Origin: Octopus vulgaris
Lineage: Eukaryota
NCBI GenBank assembly: GCA_951406725.2
Contig: OX597819.1
Location: 5,890,001-5,954,000, forward strand
DNA length: 64,000 bases
Reading direction: 5' to 3'
A program made the translations under genes and the position numbers. Of this stretch, positions 27,420 through 40,291 are shown piece after piece. Each line of letters opens with the position of its first letter. The first letter of the stretch is position 1. The notes beneath the pieces are model-generated. The model saw only the letters and a program-made list of their open reading frames with translations, was not told the DNA's origin and did not search any database.

Positions 27420-27838
27420 CTTTCTCTTTTTACTCTTTTACTTGTTTCAGTCATTTGACTGCGGCCATGCTGGAGCACCGCCTTTAGTCAAGCAAATCGA
27501 CCCCGGGACTTATTCTTTTTGTAAGCCCAGTACTTATTCTATCGGTCTCTTTTGCCGAACCGCTAAGTGACGGGGACGTAAACACACCAGCATCGGTTGT
27601 CAAGCAATGCTAGGGGACAAACACAGACACATAAACATACACACACACACACACACACACTTACATACATATACATATATACGACAGGCTTCTTTCAGTT
27701 TCCGTCTAACAAATCCACTCATTGGTCGGCCCGGGGCTATAGCAGAAGACACTTGACCAAGATGCCACGCAGTGGGACTGAACCCGGAACCATGTGGTTT
27801 GTTAGCAAGCTACTTACCACACAGCCACTCCTGCGCCT
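27420..27838 (-). mobile_element. SINE family A, full length
   Basis: Near-identical to 10997-11408. Confidence 0.93.
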
Positions 27839-28046
27839 ATATATGTATACATTTGTTATTGAGGTAAGTGACTTGTTCAGTACCGGTTGGGATTGCTCGG
27901 ACTTATAAAGTCTTAGGGAACTGGAGATAATACATTGTGTCCAAGGACGATGCGTCTGGGTCCAGATATCCTTCAAACAGGGCATTCTGGTTTGTTTAGT
28001 TTTACTTTATTTGACTATTTCTTCTGCAATTTAAATTTTTTTATAT

Positions 28047-28426
28047 CTCTTTACTCTTTTACTCTCTTTTACTTGTTTCAGTCATTTGACTGCGGCCATG
28101 CTGGAGCACCACCTTTTAGTACTTATTCTATCGGTCTCTTTTTGCCGAACCGCTAAGTGACGGGGACGTAAACACACCAGCACCGGCCGTCAAGCAATGC
28201 CAGGGGGACAAACACAAACACAGACACACAAACACTCACATATACATATACATACATATATACGACAGGCTTCTTTCAGTTTCCGTCTACCAAATCCACT
28301 CACAAGGCATTGGTCGGCCTGGGGCTATAGTAGAAGACACTTGCCCAAGATGCCACGCAGTGGGACTGAACCCGCAACCGTGTGGTTGGTTAGCAAGCTA
28401 CTTACCACACAGCCACTCCTGCGCCT
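28047..28426 (-). mobile_element. SINE family A with internal deletion
   Basis: Near-identical to other copies but lacks the ~40 bp between ctttagt and acttattctatc. Confidence 0.92.
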
Positions 28427-29049
28427 ATATCGTATGAAAAATATGAAGAATGTTGTTTAGATGTGAAGGCTTTTAATATTTATGTGTGTGCTTTTATGTG
28501 TACCTATATGTGTTTGTGTGTTCACATTGATGAGGGTGGCGGGTTGTACATTGAAATCATATTTTGTTATCAGATTTGAGATATTTTTCATCGTAGTCAC
28601 AGGCATGGATCTGAGGTTAAGAAAATTAAAAGATAAGGATATTGTTATTGGTAAATACTTGATAAAATCTCTGGTTTTCTGTAAGATGGGTTAAGGGTGA
28701 GGCCAGGGGGTGTTTGAACGTATATTAGTGAGTGTATGTGGGTGTAAAGGAAATAGTATTTTGGAGAAATGAAATTTAAAGGATCCGAGGAATAATACAA
28801 AACGACATGAAAGTATGTCTTGTAATAACATCAAATTGGTATTAGAACAAGCTCATGTCTCAAGCTCCAAAAATGTTGAACAAAGGCAAGTAGTACATAG
28901 TGTGTGAGTGCATGTGCGCGTACAAGAATTCACTTTTTCTGTGTGTGGTGAATACGCTTTGTTTTGGCAATTTGGGCCATTTTTAGCGATAAGAAAATGA
29001 AATATGCGTTTCTTTTAAAGAAGTTAATTATCCAAAGCCAACAAATCCA

Positions 29050-29460
29050 GGCGCAGGAGTGGCTGTGTGGTAAGTAGCTTGTTTACCAACCACATGGTTC
29101 TGGGTTCAGTCCCACTGCGTGGCACCTTGGGCAAGTGTCTTCTACTATAGCCTCGGGCCGACCAAAAGCCTTGTGAGTGGATTTGGTAGACGGAAACTGA
29201 AAAGAAGCCCGTCGTATATATGTATATATATGTGTGTGTGTGTTTGTGTGTCTGTGTTTGTCCCCCTAGCATTGCTTGACAACCGATGCTGGTGTGTTTA
29301 TGTCCCCGTTACTTAGCGGTTCGGCAAAAGAGACCGATAGAATAAGTACTGGGCTTACAAAAGAATAAGCCCTGGGATCGAGTTGCTCGATTAAAGGCGG
29401 TGCTCTAGCATGGCCGCAGTCAAATGACTGAAACAAGTAAAAGAGTAAAACAGTAAAGAG
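29050..29460 (+). mobile_element. SINE family A, full length
   Basis: ggcgcaggagtggctgtgtggtaag...gactgaaacaagtaaaagag. Confidence 0.93.
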
Positions 29461-29716
29461 TTCCAGTCTGAAGGCTGATAATACTTGGGTGATACATGAC
29501 GGATGCAGAGAATGGGGATAGTTTAGTAAAATGAAAGCAAATATGAAATGGTCTGGGTTATTTTGTATGGAAAAGGTGAATTTCATATGGATAGAAAGCG
29601 AAGTTGATCTCAGTGAGATATGAACTCAAAGCGTCATTTGCCAGAAAGAATATCCTAAGGAATTTTTCGATGTTCTACCCTGGAAATGAGATCTATAGTG
29701 TATCGAGAATACGGAT

Positions 29717-30179
29717 CCCAGGGCCAGACTCTCAATCTAAAGTTCTACTGCGACGTTTTGAAGCGTTTGAAGGAGGAAATTCGGCGAAAGTGACCTTATT
29801 TGTGAAGGGCGAAGAATCGGATTCTTCACCGAGCTCTCCTCACTCGTGAAGTTCTCGCCAAAAACAACATGCAACCGCTTCCGCACCCGCCCTATTCGCC
29901 AGGTTCAGCACCCTGCGGACTTCCATCTCTTCCCCAAGATGAAAATGCCGCTCAAAGGCCGCCGTTTTAAAACCGTTGTCGAGATCCAGAACGAATCGCA
30001 GACATTCTTCGACGCGCTTACGGAAATGGACTTCCTGATCGGATTCCAAAAGTGGTAGGAACATTGGAACTGGTATACTCCTGCGCAAAGGGACTATTTC
30101 GAAGATGATGTTAAAAGTTAGGTAAATAAGTTATTTTTTATTAAACGTAACTTTTCCTGGAACTTTCTGATACACCCTC

Positions 30180-30182
<3 letters not shown>
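29717..30182 (+). mobile_element. mariner transposon 3' fragment (transposase pseudogene plus TIR)
   Basis: LPHPPYSP and DFHLFPKMKMPLKGRRF motifs; terminus gaactttctgatacaccctcg|ta. Confidence 0.9.
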
Positions 30183-30216
<34 letters not shown>

Positions 30217-30217
<1 letters not shown>

Positions 30218-30614
30218 TCTTTTACTCTTTTACTTGTTTCAGTCATTTGACTGCGACTATGCTGGAGCACCGCCTTTAGTCGAGCAAATCGACCCTAGGA
30301 CTTATTCTTTGTAAGCCTAGTACTTATTCTATCACATCTTTTGCCGAACCGCTAAGTTACGGGGACGTAAACACACCATCATTGGTTGTCAAGCGATGTT
30401 GGGAGGAGGGACAAACACACACACACACATATATATACATATACATATATACGACGGGCTTCTTTCAGTTTCCGTCTACCAAATCCACTCACAAGGCTTT
30501 GGTCGGCCCGAGGCTATAGCAGAAGACACTTGCCCAATGTGCCCCGTAGTGGGAATGAACCCGGAACCATGTGGTTGGTAAGCAAGCTACTTACCACACA
30601 GCTACTCCTGCGCC
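30217..30614 (-). mobile_element. SINE family A in a TA microsatellite
   Basis: Colinear with family A, flanked by (TA)n. Confidence 0.93.
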
Positions 30615-30622
30615 TACATATA

Positions 30623-30672
<50 letters not shown>

Positions 30673-30703
30673 AAAAATCTTGCACAACAAATATTTAAAC
30701 GTA

Positions 30704-30760
<57 letters not shown>

Positions 30761-31254
30761 TGTGTGTGTGTAAGTAGTTGCACAAAACAGTGATGGAAAG
30801 TAAACTAGAAGCCAGTTCAGATGTTTGGGACATATTTTAGCATTTCAACTTGTAAAGGTAACTTACTGCTGTTTACCGTTGAGAAATAAATTCTCATTTT
30901 AGGTAAAAAGGTGTAAGAACACCATTGTTAGCTCAAAGCGCCTTCTGGGCTGGTAGATACGTTTCTGGCTTGTTAGCTAATCTCGCTATCAGATACCAAG
31001 AGAGCCGACTCTAAACTGCCTACGCACACAAATCAATAATAAGTATTTACTGTTTTATAAAAATTGAAGTTAATGTTCTCCAGCCAGCTGAAAGAAAATG
31101 AAGAGTTTTATTACTAAAAAGAGTACTGACGTTACAGAAGGGTAGTTGTGGATAAAATTCTAGATACAACAAAGATATTTTCTATAATTTAGAATACAGA
31201 TAAATGGCCCAAGATTCACCAGAACGCTGAAAAAACCAACAAAGAACTGCCTTA

Positions 31255-31610
31255 TGGCATTCTGAAGTCAACTTTGGCTTTCATCCTTTTGGGGTCAGTA
31301 CCAGTCAATAAATGAAGTCGGTGGTATCTACTGACTCCATCCCTCAAAATTGTTGCCCTTGTGCCTAAATTCGCAATAATTATTTAAGATAAATAAGGTG
31401 GTGAGCTGGCAGAATCGTTAGCACCGCGGATAAAATGTTTCACGTCATTTCTTCCGTCTTTACGTTCTGAGTTTAAATTCTGCAGAGGTTGTCTTTGCCT
31501 TTTATTTTTATGCGGTCGATGGAATAAGTACAAGTCAAGCACCCGTGTTGATAAAATCGACCAACACCTTCCCCCAAAACTTCTGATATTGTGCCTGTAG
31601 TCCAAAAGAA
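31255..31610 (+). mobile_element. Two diverged SINE family B copies
   Basis: ggtggtgagctggcagaatcgttagc head at ~31397; partial copy from ~31255. Confidence 0.75.
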
Positions 31611-31647
31611 TTATTTAGGGTAAATAAGACAACGAGCCGACTGATGC

Positions 31648-32042
31648 GTGACGCTCGTGGCAGGTCCTCCAGATAGCTCATGGTCTTCCAGGGACATTCT
31701 TCCGCTTTTGAAGCATCAGTGCCACTCGAAACATTGAGTATGACTCATTACCTCGTCGTAGTTAGCTTGTCGAAGCGTGCTCGATGTCTCTGTAGCAGAC
31801 TTCCCAAGTCTAAAGCAAAATGTCACGATGCCTCTTGGTTCCTATCCATGACGAAATCGCAGATTACGTCAGACACGTGATCACAAAAAAAAAAATCACA
31901 GCTTGCAAAGTAAACACGACGATGTCACTCGGTACACTGCCTTATGAAGCTCACTGTTACCTCATTTTGCGCATGCAATCTTGTGCTGTCATCTGTTGAC
32001 GCGCTACAGAACAAGTCCGGGAACGTTTTGATACCACCTCGT

Positions 32043-32043
<1 letters not shown>
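31648..32043 (-). mobile_element. mariner transposon 5' fragment (TIR plus N-terminal HTH region)
   Basis: TIR tacgaggtggtatcaaaacgttcccgg; translation FCFRLGKSATET..CFEWH*CFKSGRMSLED. Confidence 0.85.
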
Positions 32044-32078
<35 letters not shown>

Positions 32079-32080
32079 GT

Positions 32081-32265
32081 ACTTTATTTAAAAGCAGCAG
32101 AAATATAACAAAAGCTATTACTCGGAGTTTCACATTCCCGTTCGTCGGACAGGCAACGTGAAATTCCGAGTAACAGCTTTTGTTATATTTCTGCGACTTT
32201 TAAATAAAGTATATTACTCTATCTCTAGTAGTTGAGTACTCTTTTTTCCACCATGTTTCCGGCAT
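32081..32265. mobile_element. Penelope-like inverted pLTR remnant forming a ~130 bp hairpin with hammerhead-like core
   Basis: Arms 32081-32133 and 32158-32210 are reverse complements; minus strand reads ctgt-CCGACGA-acgggaatgt-GAAAC-tccga-GTA; same family as 60230-60406. Confidence 0.7.
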
Positions 32266-33263
32266 ATATAATCATAGAGTATATACAAGCGATGAAAATG
32301 TGGTGAAGTGGCATTTATAGAGTCAGAATACGTTGCGTTATTTGCTCTAGCGGCTCTCTACACTCTAAATGTCACACAGTTCTACTTTGTCTTTTAACAT
32401 TGAGAGGTGGATTAGTAAAAACTGGGGGCGATTCTTTCCATTCTTTTTCTCTCTAGATTGTACCGGTTTCACATTGTGTCACCCTGATTTACTCTACGAA
32501 TTGCGTCGAGAATAAACATTTTTTTTTGCAATACTCAACCTATTCGCGTTAATTTCGTTAGTAGGAAGTCAGGTAATCTAACAACTGAATGCTCATCGTC
32601 GTCACTGATGGAGAATCTAACATAAACACTGAAGCTTGTATTTATAAATTACAGAAGGACTACTGGTAATACTCATGATACTATACAGCCCCAGGTCAGG
32701 TACATTACGATCAAGCCATCACCTGATTAAAATACACAATTAAAATTAAACTCAATCAAACGAAAAAGACATAATTATAGATTTTATTTACAAAAACAAT
32801 ACACCACTTGCTTCTTAATATCAAATCACTTAAAAATATGTGGACTATTTTCATTATGAATAATTAAAGACTACATTTTTAACTTGAAGGTATTATTTGA
32901 GATTAGTGTTAAATACAATCTCCAAACTTTTTTGTAAAGCAAAGCAAATATTTTCCAATTTGTTATTAACAAATCCGCCAGCTTAATGGAAACCCAAAGT
33001 AAACAAAAATTATTAATATTTTAAAGAGAACAGTATCATTGTTATTATTGTATTTTCATTTAAGTTGGTTTAATCGAATATCCACCCACACCCATGCAGT
33101 ATCGTCCATAAGCTGAAAATTATTACATATCGAGCATCAGTAGAGTGCCCGACCAAAAGAGTTTGTCATATATAATTACATATCTTTAAACTCAAGCGAC
33201 AGGAATTGGTGTTTTGAGTTCAAATCACAATAGATAAAGGAAAAACAACAACCTATAATATCA

Positions 33264-33468
33264 ACTTCAAATTTTGGCACAAGGACAGAAATTTCGGTGG
33301 GGTGGGGGTTAGTCAATTCTACCGGCCTCAGTGCTCAGGTGGTACTTATTTCATCGACCCCGAAAGGATGAAAGGCAAAGTCGGCCTCGGTGGAACGTAA
33401 GGGATGGACGAAATGCCGCTAAGCACTTTACCTGGCATGCTAACTATTCTACCAGCTCGAAGTCTTAT
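33264..33468 (-). mobile_element. SINE family B with 17 bp target-site duplication
   Basis: aacaacctataatatca at 33247-33263 and 33469-33485. Confidence 0.88.
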
Positions 33469-33639
33469 AACAACCTATAATATCAGTATATTATTCGACA
33501 CACATCACAAAAGGGTCATTATTATCATTTTAACATTTTACCATCCTTTGGTCTATTTCTATTCATTCTGCAACCAAAGGTAGGTGGTAGATTTTGTTGT
33601 TAGTAGCAGGCGTGGCATCCTCAGTTTTAGTAGTAATAA

Positions 33640-34076
33640 CAGTTTCGAATTTTGGTATTCGGCCAGAGGTTTTTGAGGGAGGCATGAAAGTCGATTACAT
33701 AGAGCCTAGTACTTAACTGATACTTATTTCACAACCCCAAAACGATGAAAAGCAAAGTCGACCTTGGCGGATTTTGAACTCAAAACATAAAGACAGTCGA
33801 AATGACGCAAAGTATTTTGTCCGGTGTGGTAACGCTTCAGCCAACTCATTGCCTTGATATTGGTTTCAGATTTTGGCACAAGGCCAGCAAGTTCAGGGGA
33901 GGAGGGTAAATCGATTACACCCACCCCAGTGCTCAACTGGCACTTATTTTATTGACCCTGAAAGGATGAAAAGTAAAGTAGACCTCGGCGGAATTTGAAC
34001 TCAAAACACAAAAACGGACTAAATGACGCTAGCATATTGCCCAGCATGCTAACGATTCTGCCAGCTCACCGCCTTA
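33640..34076 (-). mobile_element. Two tandem SINE family B copies
   Basis: Two colinear ~215 bp units containing aaagtcgacct.ggcgga.tttgaactc. Confidence 0.85.
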
Positions 34077-34359
34077 ATATTAGTTGTAATAAGGATTTCT
34101 GCCAAGACCAAATCAATCCTAGTGGTACTTGAATTTATTTGCTTCCGACCCAGAAGCATGAAAGGCAAAGTTAATTTGTTCGAGATGTGAACGCTGAAAG
34201 AAATTATGTGTACCGAATCCAATTCTATTTAACTTCAATATAACCCCCCCCCCCCAACAAGAAAACAAAATCAAAAACAATCAAGCCCCAAACTCAAATG
34301 ATGACAGAAGTATGTCATCGGGTCGAACGTCTGCAAATGAAGCTACGTTTGAACTCAAT

Positions 34360-34744
34360 GGGAAGCACTCCGTCGGTTACGACGACGAGGGTTCCGGTTG
34401 ATCCGATCAACGGAACAGCCTGCTCGTGAAATTAACGTGTAAGTGGCTGAGCATTCCACAGACACGTGTACCCTTAACGTAGTTCTCGGGGATATTCAGC
34501 GTGACACAGAGAGTGACAAGGCCGGCCCTTTGAAATACAGGTACAACAGAAACAGGAAGTAAGAGTGAGAGAAAGTTGTGGTGAAAGAGTACAGCAGGGA
34601 ACACCACCATCCCCTGCCGGAGCGTCGTGGAGCTTTTAGGTGTTTTCGCTCAATAAACAATCACAACGCCCGGTCTGGGAATCGAAACCGCGATCCTACG
34701 ACCGCGAGTCCGCTGCCCTAACCACTGGGCCATTGCGCCTCCAC
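34360..34744 (-). mobile_element. tRNA(Arg)-like SINE, family D, little decayed, 11 bp TSD
   Basis: Head ggcgcaatggcccagtggttagggcagcggacTCGcggtcg..ggtttcgattccc; TSD ttgaactcaat at 34349-34359 and 34745-34755; decayed relative at ~32425-32620. Confidence 0.9.
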
Positions 34745-36108
34745 TTGAACTCAATATGTAAAGAGACGTAACTAAAAACGACAAGTGCTTTTGTTCCGGC
34801 GTTCAGCCGTTTCTGTCATTTGATTATTCAAATAAATTACAAACGGCTTGTACATCAGCAATTTTCTTTCACTCCCAATATATGAGAGTACTACAGGTTT
34901 CAGGATCTAAGTGAATATCATCAGTCCCTGTCTAGTTACAAATACAGAAACATAAAATACACACATTCTAGCATACATACACAAGCATTGACACAAATAC
35001 ACATACGCACACACTGGCACATCATCACACCTACACATACACACTAGCACGTACATGACACATTTATTCGTATGCATACACGCATTCATGTAAAACCTAT
35101 ACAATTCATTTACATGCTTACTCAAGTGGGTGTGTATGGGATCCGTATCTATCATATTCACACAAATATTCCCACAAAACATCATCCCAATGAAAGCGGT
35201 GCATGAGTGCGCATAGAAAAAGATGAATGTACAAGAGTGAAATACCAAGTGTACGCACACACACGCACGCAAATACACACATACACACACACATACACAA
35301 GCATACACAGACTTACAAGTATTATCAAGAACGCACACTGACACAAATCATTGATGTTGACATTTATTCTCACCATTTCGGAGAAATAACGAAAATTTAT
35401 TGGCTGTTCAGCCCGATCTTTAATTTTCCCCTATATAGGGCTAACACAGCTGAATAGATCCAGATCCCAATTCACTTATTTCATAGATTTTTCATTCTTT
35501 AACTCCTGACTGATAAAATGGCTACTAACTGACATTGCGGCAGCCTGAAGCTTTACTTTTGCACAATACAACCGCAAACAGCTGCAGCCAAATTGGCTTC
35601 TATTGGCTTTTCTGGGAATGAAAATGATGTTGATTGATGGAATAATAAAGAGATTATTACTTCTAAACATTTGTATCTAATACGGCGCAGAAGCGAATAA
35701 TATCGTTGATCTTGGTAGCGGAGAAGAGGCAGGGAGGATTAGATTGCTATAACAAGGATGGCGTATTTCTTATTCTAAAATTATTATCATTTCCTTAGTT
35801 ATTATCATGATTGCGATCGTCGTCGCCGTCATGGTCATCATAATCATTATGAACATCGTCATCACCAACGTCGTCATCATCAACGTCGTCATCATCAACG
35901 TCGTCGTTAAAATTGTTGCTGTTTAAAAGGTCGGGGATAGATTAAAAGAATGCCCAGGAAGATATTGATGTAACGTATGGCTCCAAATCTTACAGGGTGA
36001 AATAAACAGCTCCAAGCAAAATGATGCTTTGTAATCTTACCAAACACACACACACGCCCAAATAGTCATGTATGCATAATTATGTGCTATGTTTATATAA
36101 ATGTGATT

Positions 36109-36169
<61 letters not shown>

Positions 36170-36172
<3 letters not shown>

Positions 36173-36260
36173 AGAGTTTACGAAAAAAAACAAAAGACGA
36201 AGACAGGTGGTGTACAAAACAAACAGATGTATTAGTATAACGCTCAGGAATAGAAAAAGT
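36170..36260. mobile_element. Probable Penelope-like terminal fragment in (TA)n
   Basis: Shares tatt..acgctcaggaa with 45007-45136; bounded by TA repeats. Confidence 0.4.
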
Positions 36261-36344
36261 GTATATATATATATATTACAACAACTGACAACAAAGGTGG
36301 TAGTAGTAGTAGTAGTAGTAACAGAAGTAGTAGACATAATAATA

Positions 36345-36376
<32 letters not shown>

Positions 36377-36397
36377 GATAATAATAATAATAATAAG

Positions 36398-36914
36398 GCA
36401 CTGGCTCCCATGGCTAGGCATTGGATCTCATGAATACCAGGCAATGGCACACATGGATTCTGATCTTAACTGATTGATAGTGTTATCATGTACATGATAT
36501 TCTGCGCAATACCACAGATTTTCTTGTCAGTTGTTTGTCTTTAACCCTTAGTGGCTGACATTATGTGCATCTCGGATCATGAGCAGTAGTAGTGGGGGAG
36601 CATCATAGCCATGTGTTGAATGGAATTCTATCAGGTTTGAATCATGGATGTTTCGTTTAACATCCTTAAACAACCCTTATTCAGGAACCATTTGAGCGGG
36701 ATGGGCTGCTCGACTTGAAGAAAATTCTAACTGGACCCCACCTGCAAACTCATGCGCTGTTTATCTTGATATGAGAACACCATGTCGCGCCCACATGGTT
36801 GTGATGCATGTGCCTGGTGTACCCTTATCGGATGGGTTCTCATGATAGGCATACTGAGATTCGTATATCTGTGTCCCAGTGTCACTTTGATGGCATATAC
36901 TGGTCTCTCAATCA
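36398..36914 (+). mobile_element. Unclassified non-coding interspersed repeat bounded by (AAT)n
   Basis: Second, shorter copy at 37870-38138; both end in ctctc..tc(aat)n; strand inferred from the truncation pattern. Confidence 0.75.
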
Positions 36915-36929
36915 ATAATAATAATAATC

Positions 36930-37140
36930 CTTTTTTTATAAGCACACAACCATAAATTTAGGGGAGGGTCGCCAACGGATTACAACAACTTCAGTGTTTA
37001 ACTGGTGTGATGTTATCGAGCCCGAAGGTTGAAAAACTAAGTTTTCTTCAGCGGAATTTCAACTCAGAATTTAATGACGGACGAAATGCTGTTAAGCATT
37101 TTGTCCGGAGTGCTAACGACTCTGCTAGTTCACCGCCGTC
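36930..37140 (-). mobile_element. SINE family B, diverged
   Basis: gcggaatttcaactcagaa..gacgaaatgc..gctaacgactctgctagttcaccgcc. Confidence 0.75.
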
Positions 37141-37709
37141 ATAATAACAATAATGAAAACAATAGCTTATGGGCTGCACACAGACAGCGAGCATCTGAAG
37201 AATAACGGATTTATTCATTTTAAATACGTTATGTCATATTCGAACGTGAATATCTAATTGCTGTTTTATTTTCGTCATCGGAGAACATCTTTTGCCCTTT
37301 GACGAAGCGTTTCCATAATACATGCGATTCGCAAATATAAGGGGATTTTCAGACACTGAGCTGTTTCGACTTTATTGGCGTCGTTAGTTAAAGCTCTACT
37401 GTTGCATTCTCGCTCTCCTGCGTACATTCCATGAATTATAAATTTTTTAGCATACATCAGTAAATATTTTTCTAATCATCATAAACAAGAGCTTGTACTC
37501 TTGCTCTATTAATCAGTCTGGTGGGGAAGCATTGACCAATGTGACATACAAGAAGGTAGAAATTTGAAGTGTCTTAATACTGATGAAACCTATGTGTTAT
37601 GAACACAGCTTTTAACAGGTGGTCTGTGAAGACGAAAATAATGGTCATCAGTTATTCACATTCGAATCTAACAAACCATGTTAAGAATGAATAGAATATA
37701 TGCGATACT

Positions 37710-37840
<131 letters not shown>

Positions 37841-37869
37841 CATATATATAAAATTTATTGACCCCAAAA

Positions 37870-38137
37870 GGGGTGTTTCGTTCAACATCCTTAAACAACT
37901 CTTATTCAGGGACCTTTTGTGCGGTATGGGCAACTCAACCTGACGAAAAGTCTAACCGGGCCCCACCTGCAAGGTGATGCGCTGTTGATCTTGATATGAG
38001 ATCACCATGTCGCGCACATGTGGTTGTACTGCATATGCCTGGTGTACCCTTATCAGACGAGTAGTCATGATGGGTAAACTGGGCTTCGTATATTTTACCC
38101 CAGTGTCACTTTGATGGCATGCACTGCTCTCTCACTC

Positions 38138-38138
<1 letters not shown>
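37870..38138 (+). mobile_element. Left-truncated copy of the (AAT)n-bounded repeat
   Basis: Colinear with ~36648-36914, followed by (AAT)n at 38139-38325. Confidence 0.8.
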
Positions 38139-38175
<37 letters not shown>

Positions 38176-38200
38176 TAATAATAATAATAATAATAATAAT

Positions 38201-38272
<72 letters not shown>

Positions 38273-38326
38273 CATAATAATAATAATAATAATAATCATA
38301 ATAATAATAATCATAATAATAATAAT

Positions 38327-39185
38327 GCTTTCTTTTATTTTCCACCAGGGCGAAAAGTGAGGGAGACAATACAAAGACAGACATAAATTGTGGGTTTTTA
38401 CATATAATGGAATGATGAAAAAGTATACACGGTATGCATTAGAAGGGAAGTATACATAGTGTATGACACTAGAAAAAGAGGGAAGAAAATAAAAGGACCC
38501 TGATGGAGGATCCCCCTGATTCAAGAGGATCTCTAGGCATAATAAAGGAACCCCCACCCTCCAAGATCACTCTGAGTACCAAGGATGAGAGCCCACTCCA
38601 GTTTCTTTCTTCCGACTTACAGGTCTACACTGAGAGCGGGTAGACCCTTGCCATTTTCGCAACTTTCACCCACATTTTGATAAATTCACTCGAGGACAGC
38701 ACCTCCCTCCCCACCCTCACTTCCTTTCCAAGTGAAACTTGAAAAAGTCGATGTGGGCTTTACTAAAGAGGAAAGTTTCTGTCTTCATTCCTTTCAGCCT
38801 CGTCCTTTACATAAACCTCTTTCTCTACAGCCACCTGACAAAGGAAAACTGCTTTGCCAGCCTGATTAAAGAAGGGCGGCGGGGCAATCGTCATTATGGA
38901 CTCAGACGACAGTCGGATCTGTCCTACACGCGACAGCAGCTGTTCGTCATGACTCCACAAGTCGGAAATGTCCGGACACTGAACGAGTGCATGCAGAACG
39001 ATTTCGTAGCTCTGCGAATACCTAAGACAAGCCCGTCTGACGGCACATCCATGCCTGTAGAGTTGATCTCGAACCGGTATCACCTCCCACCGCGGTAACA
39101 CTACTAGGCCAAAGACATCTGGAAATTATCCATAACAGTCCCCGACCGGTAAGTCCTCCGAAGTAGACTTGCTAGTTCGTCTACA
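38327..39185 (-). mobile_element. L1/Tx1-clade LINE 3' fragment (ORF2 C-terminus plus 3' UTR)
   Basis: EQLLSRVGQIRLSSESI is homologous to EQLLSRVGRIQLLAESI at ~49560; tail gccctggtggaaaataaaagaaag then (ATT)n. Confidence 0.88.
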
Positions 39186-39354
39186 TTAATAATGAAACAA
39201 TTGTTCAGGGTTAATCTATTTTTTCGTTATTTTTCACTCGCACCACGTTAAATGTTGCGTTATTTCTCCTTGGAAACAATTTTTTAGTGGCTATACCATA
39301 GTGGATCTATTTTTAGCACTAGAGAAGACCACATAGTGGTCAATCTCTCATATT

Positions 39355-39391
<37 letters not shown>

Positions 39392-40260
39392 AGACTTATA
39401 TACATACATACATGTATACATAAATACAGGTGTTCACGCACACACACACACACACACAGACACTCATATATTAATATATATGGGCGTGTGTGTGTATATA
39501 TATATATATGCTGTCCATTTTGTTCTCTTTACTAACCACCCATTGCTTGAAGCTTACAAATCTCCTGCACTTGGATCCCTGGATCGTACAAATAAATGAG
39601 ATCTATCTGCTATTTTCTGTCCACGGAAAGATTAGAAAAATTCTGTGTATTGCAGTGATGGTCAAAAACTTGTCCTGATTTCATTATCTGCACTTTATTA
39701 CACGTTTCCAAAGTCTCACGGGCATACATATATAGCACGCACACATACACATACATATATAAACATGGAATCATTTCATATCGAATATAAGTTCTGCGCA
39801 GTTTTCGTCTTCTAACATTCCACTCACAAGACATTGGCCAACCTTAGGCTACCGCGCTAATTGAAACCAGAAAATGGTGAATACCAAGAAAAATTCGTCA
39901 CCACACGGCCATGTTCTGTAATTATATTATAAACTAATATCAGTGAAATTACTGCAAATTGACATGAGAAGCTAGGACATGATTAGGAGACCTGACTCAT
40001 GTAAAAGAATTAATTAAATTAGTGCTAACATAATGTAGCAAAAAATTAAAAATGCTTAATTCATTAAAATTATCCCTTCTGCTAGGAGAGGAAAACATTA
40101 GCTTTACGACTAAACCGATTTTATGCAGCATCCTGGAGAAACAAACTCGAAATATCATTTACTGAAAATTAGAATCATCCACGCAGTGATGGAATGGAAA
40201 CAATTGCTTAATGCCTAATATTATTTATTTCTGATCTTTGGCAAGCACAGCGTAACTCCG

Positions 40261-40291
40261 GGCATGTTTCGGTCATATAAGACCTCCTTAG
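40261..40291 (-). ncRNA. Degenerate hammerhead-like core
   Basis: Minus strand CTAAGGA-GGTC-ttatat-GACC-GAAAC-atgcc; one core change from CTGAGGA. Confidence 0.45.

Noticed and set aside
34665-34744. Possible tRNA-Arg(TCG) gene
   Set aside because: Poor stem pairing, continues into a SINE body, and is flanked by a TSD
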